Positions 63,415-64,000 of a DNA stretch of 64,000 nt are shown here, in pieces. The DNA is from Octopus vulgaris (Eukaryota). The position numbers and the translations under genes are program-made. The notes below the pieces were generated by a model, which made no database searches, was not told where the DNA came from, and was given only the letters and a program-made list of their open reading frames with translations. Position 1 is the first letter of the stretch; every line of letters begins with the position of its first letter. Where the stretch lies: positions 82,274,001 to 82,338,000 of the forward strand of contig OX597820.1 in NCBI GenBank assembly GCA_951406725.2, in the 5' to 3' direction.

Positions 63415-63865
63415 AGCTGGTGAACTGGTAGGATCATTAATGAGTTGGACAAAATATTTTGCAGCATTTCTTCCAGCTCTTTATGTTTTGGGTTCAAATT
63501 CTACTAAAGTCAACTTTGCTTTTCATCCTTCTTGAGTTGATAAATTTAGTACCTGTTGAGTACTAGAATTGATGCAGTTGATCTACTCTTTCCCTTAAAA
63601 TTGTTAGTCTTGTACCAAAATTCAAAATCATTAGTATTATTATGAAGCCAGTAAGATGGCAGAATCATTAACATGATGGACAAATTGCTTAGCAGCATTT
63701 CTTGTGGCCTTACATTCTAAGTTCAAATTCCATTAAGGGCAGCTTTGCCTTTCATCCTCTCAGGTTTGATAAAATAAGTACCAGTTGAGTACTGGAGTTG
63801 ATGTAATCAACTTACCCCCTCCCCTGAACTTGCTGGACTTGTGCCAAAATTTGAAACCATTATTA
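63415..63865 (+). mobile_element. Two tandem Deu/Nin-type SINE copies
   Basis: Each has gttcaaatt...ctttgc(c/t)tttcatcc...agtacc(a/t)gttgagtact...gt(g/a)ccaaaatt. Confidence 0.8.
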
Positions 63866-64000
63866 CTTTTATTATTATTTGATGAAAACTCTCAGCTTAT
63901 TTTGTTGGGTATGATGGAATGAGTCAGCAGTCCACAGCCAGCAGACTAAAGTGACACTTGTTTACTGATCATGCCTCAAGAACCCTGTGAAGAATTCTTG

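Overview
This is eukaryotic, AT-rich, repeat-dense DNA. Its RTE LINEs with (GAT)n tails, tRNA-derived CORE-type and Deu/Nin-type SINEs and long (TA)n/(CA)n tracts point to an octopus (coleoid cephalopod); this is inferred from repeat families. Most ORF-track entries are microsatellite or TE artefacts. Three + strand host genes can be rebuilt from splice signals: the last coding exon of a glutaredoxin (959-1081), a complete 4-exon CEP20/FOPNL gene (7471-19375, 132 aa), and exons 1-3 of a 5'(3')-deoxyribonucleotidase NT5M/NT5C (27158-54142, continuing past the window, ~23 kb first intron). The rest is TEs: RTE and R4/Dong-like LINEs, Penelope-like elements (PLEs), Gypsy relics and a solo LTR, a hATm-like element, piggyBac, mariner, Helitrons, MITEs and SINEs. 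Five observations stand out. (1) A spacer-less ~1.86 kb head-to-head PLE palindrome lies in CEP20 intron 3. (2) At least eight minimal or variant hammerhead motifs from about five PLE-related families are present. (3) A 488-bp terminally redundant, hammerhead-containing retrozyme-like unit is fused to an RTE LINE. (4) A C4HC3 PHD finger is inserted inside the RT domain of the RTE family. (5) The 3' UTR of that LINE carries tandem compact H-type pseudoknot motifs. All structure and function calls were made by eye and none is confirmed as novel.
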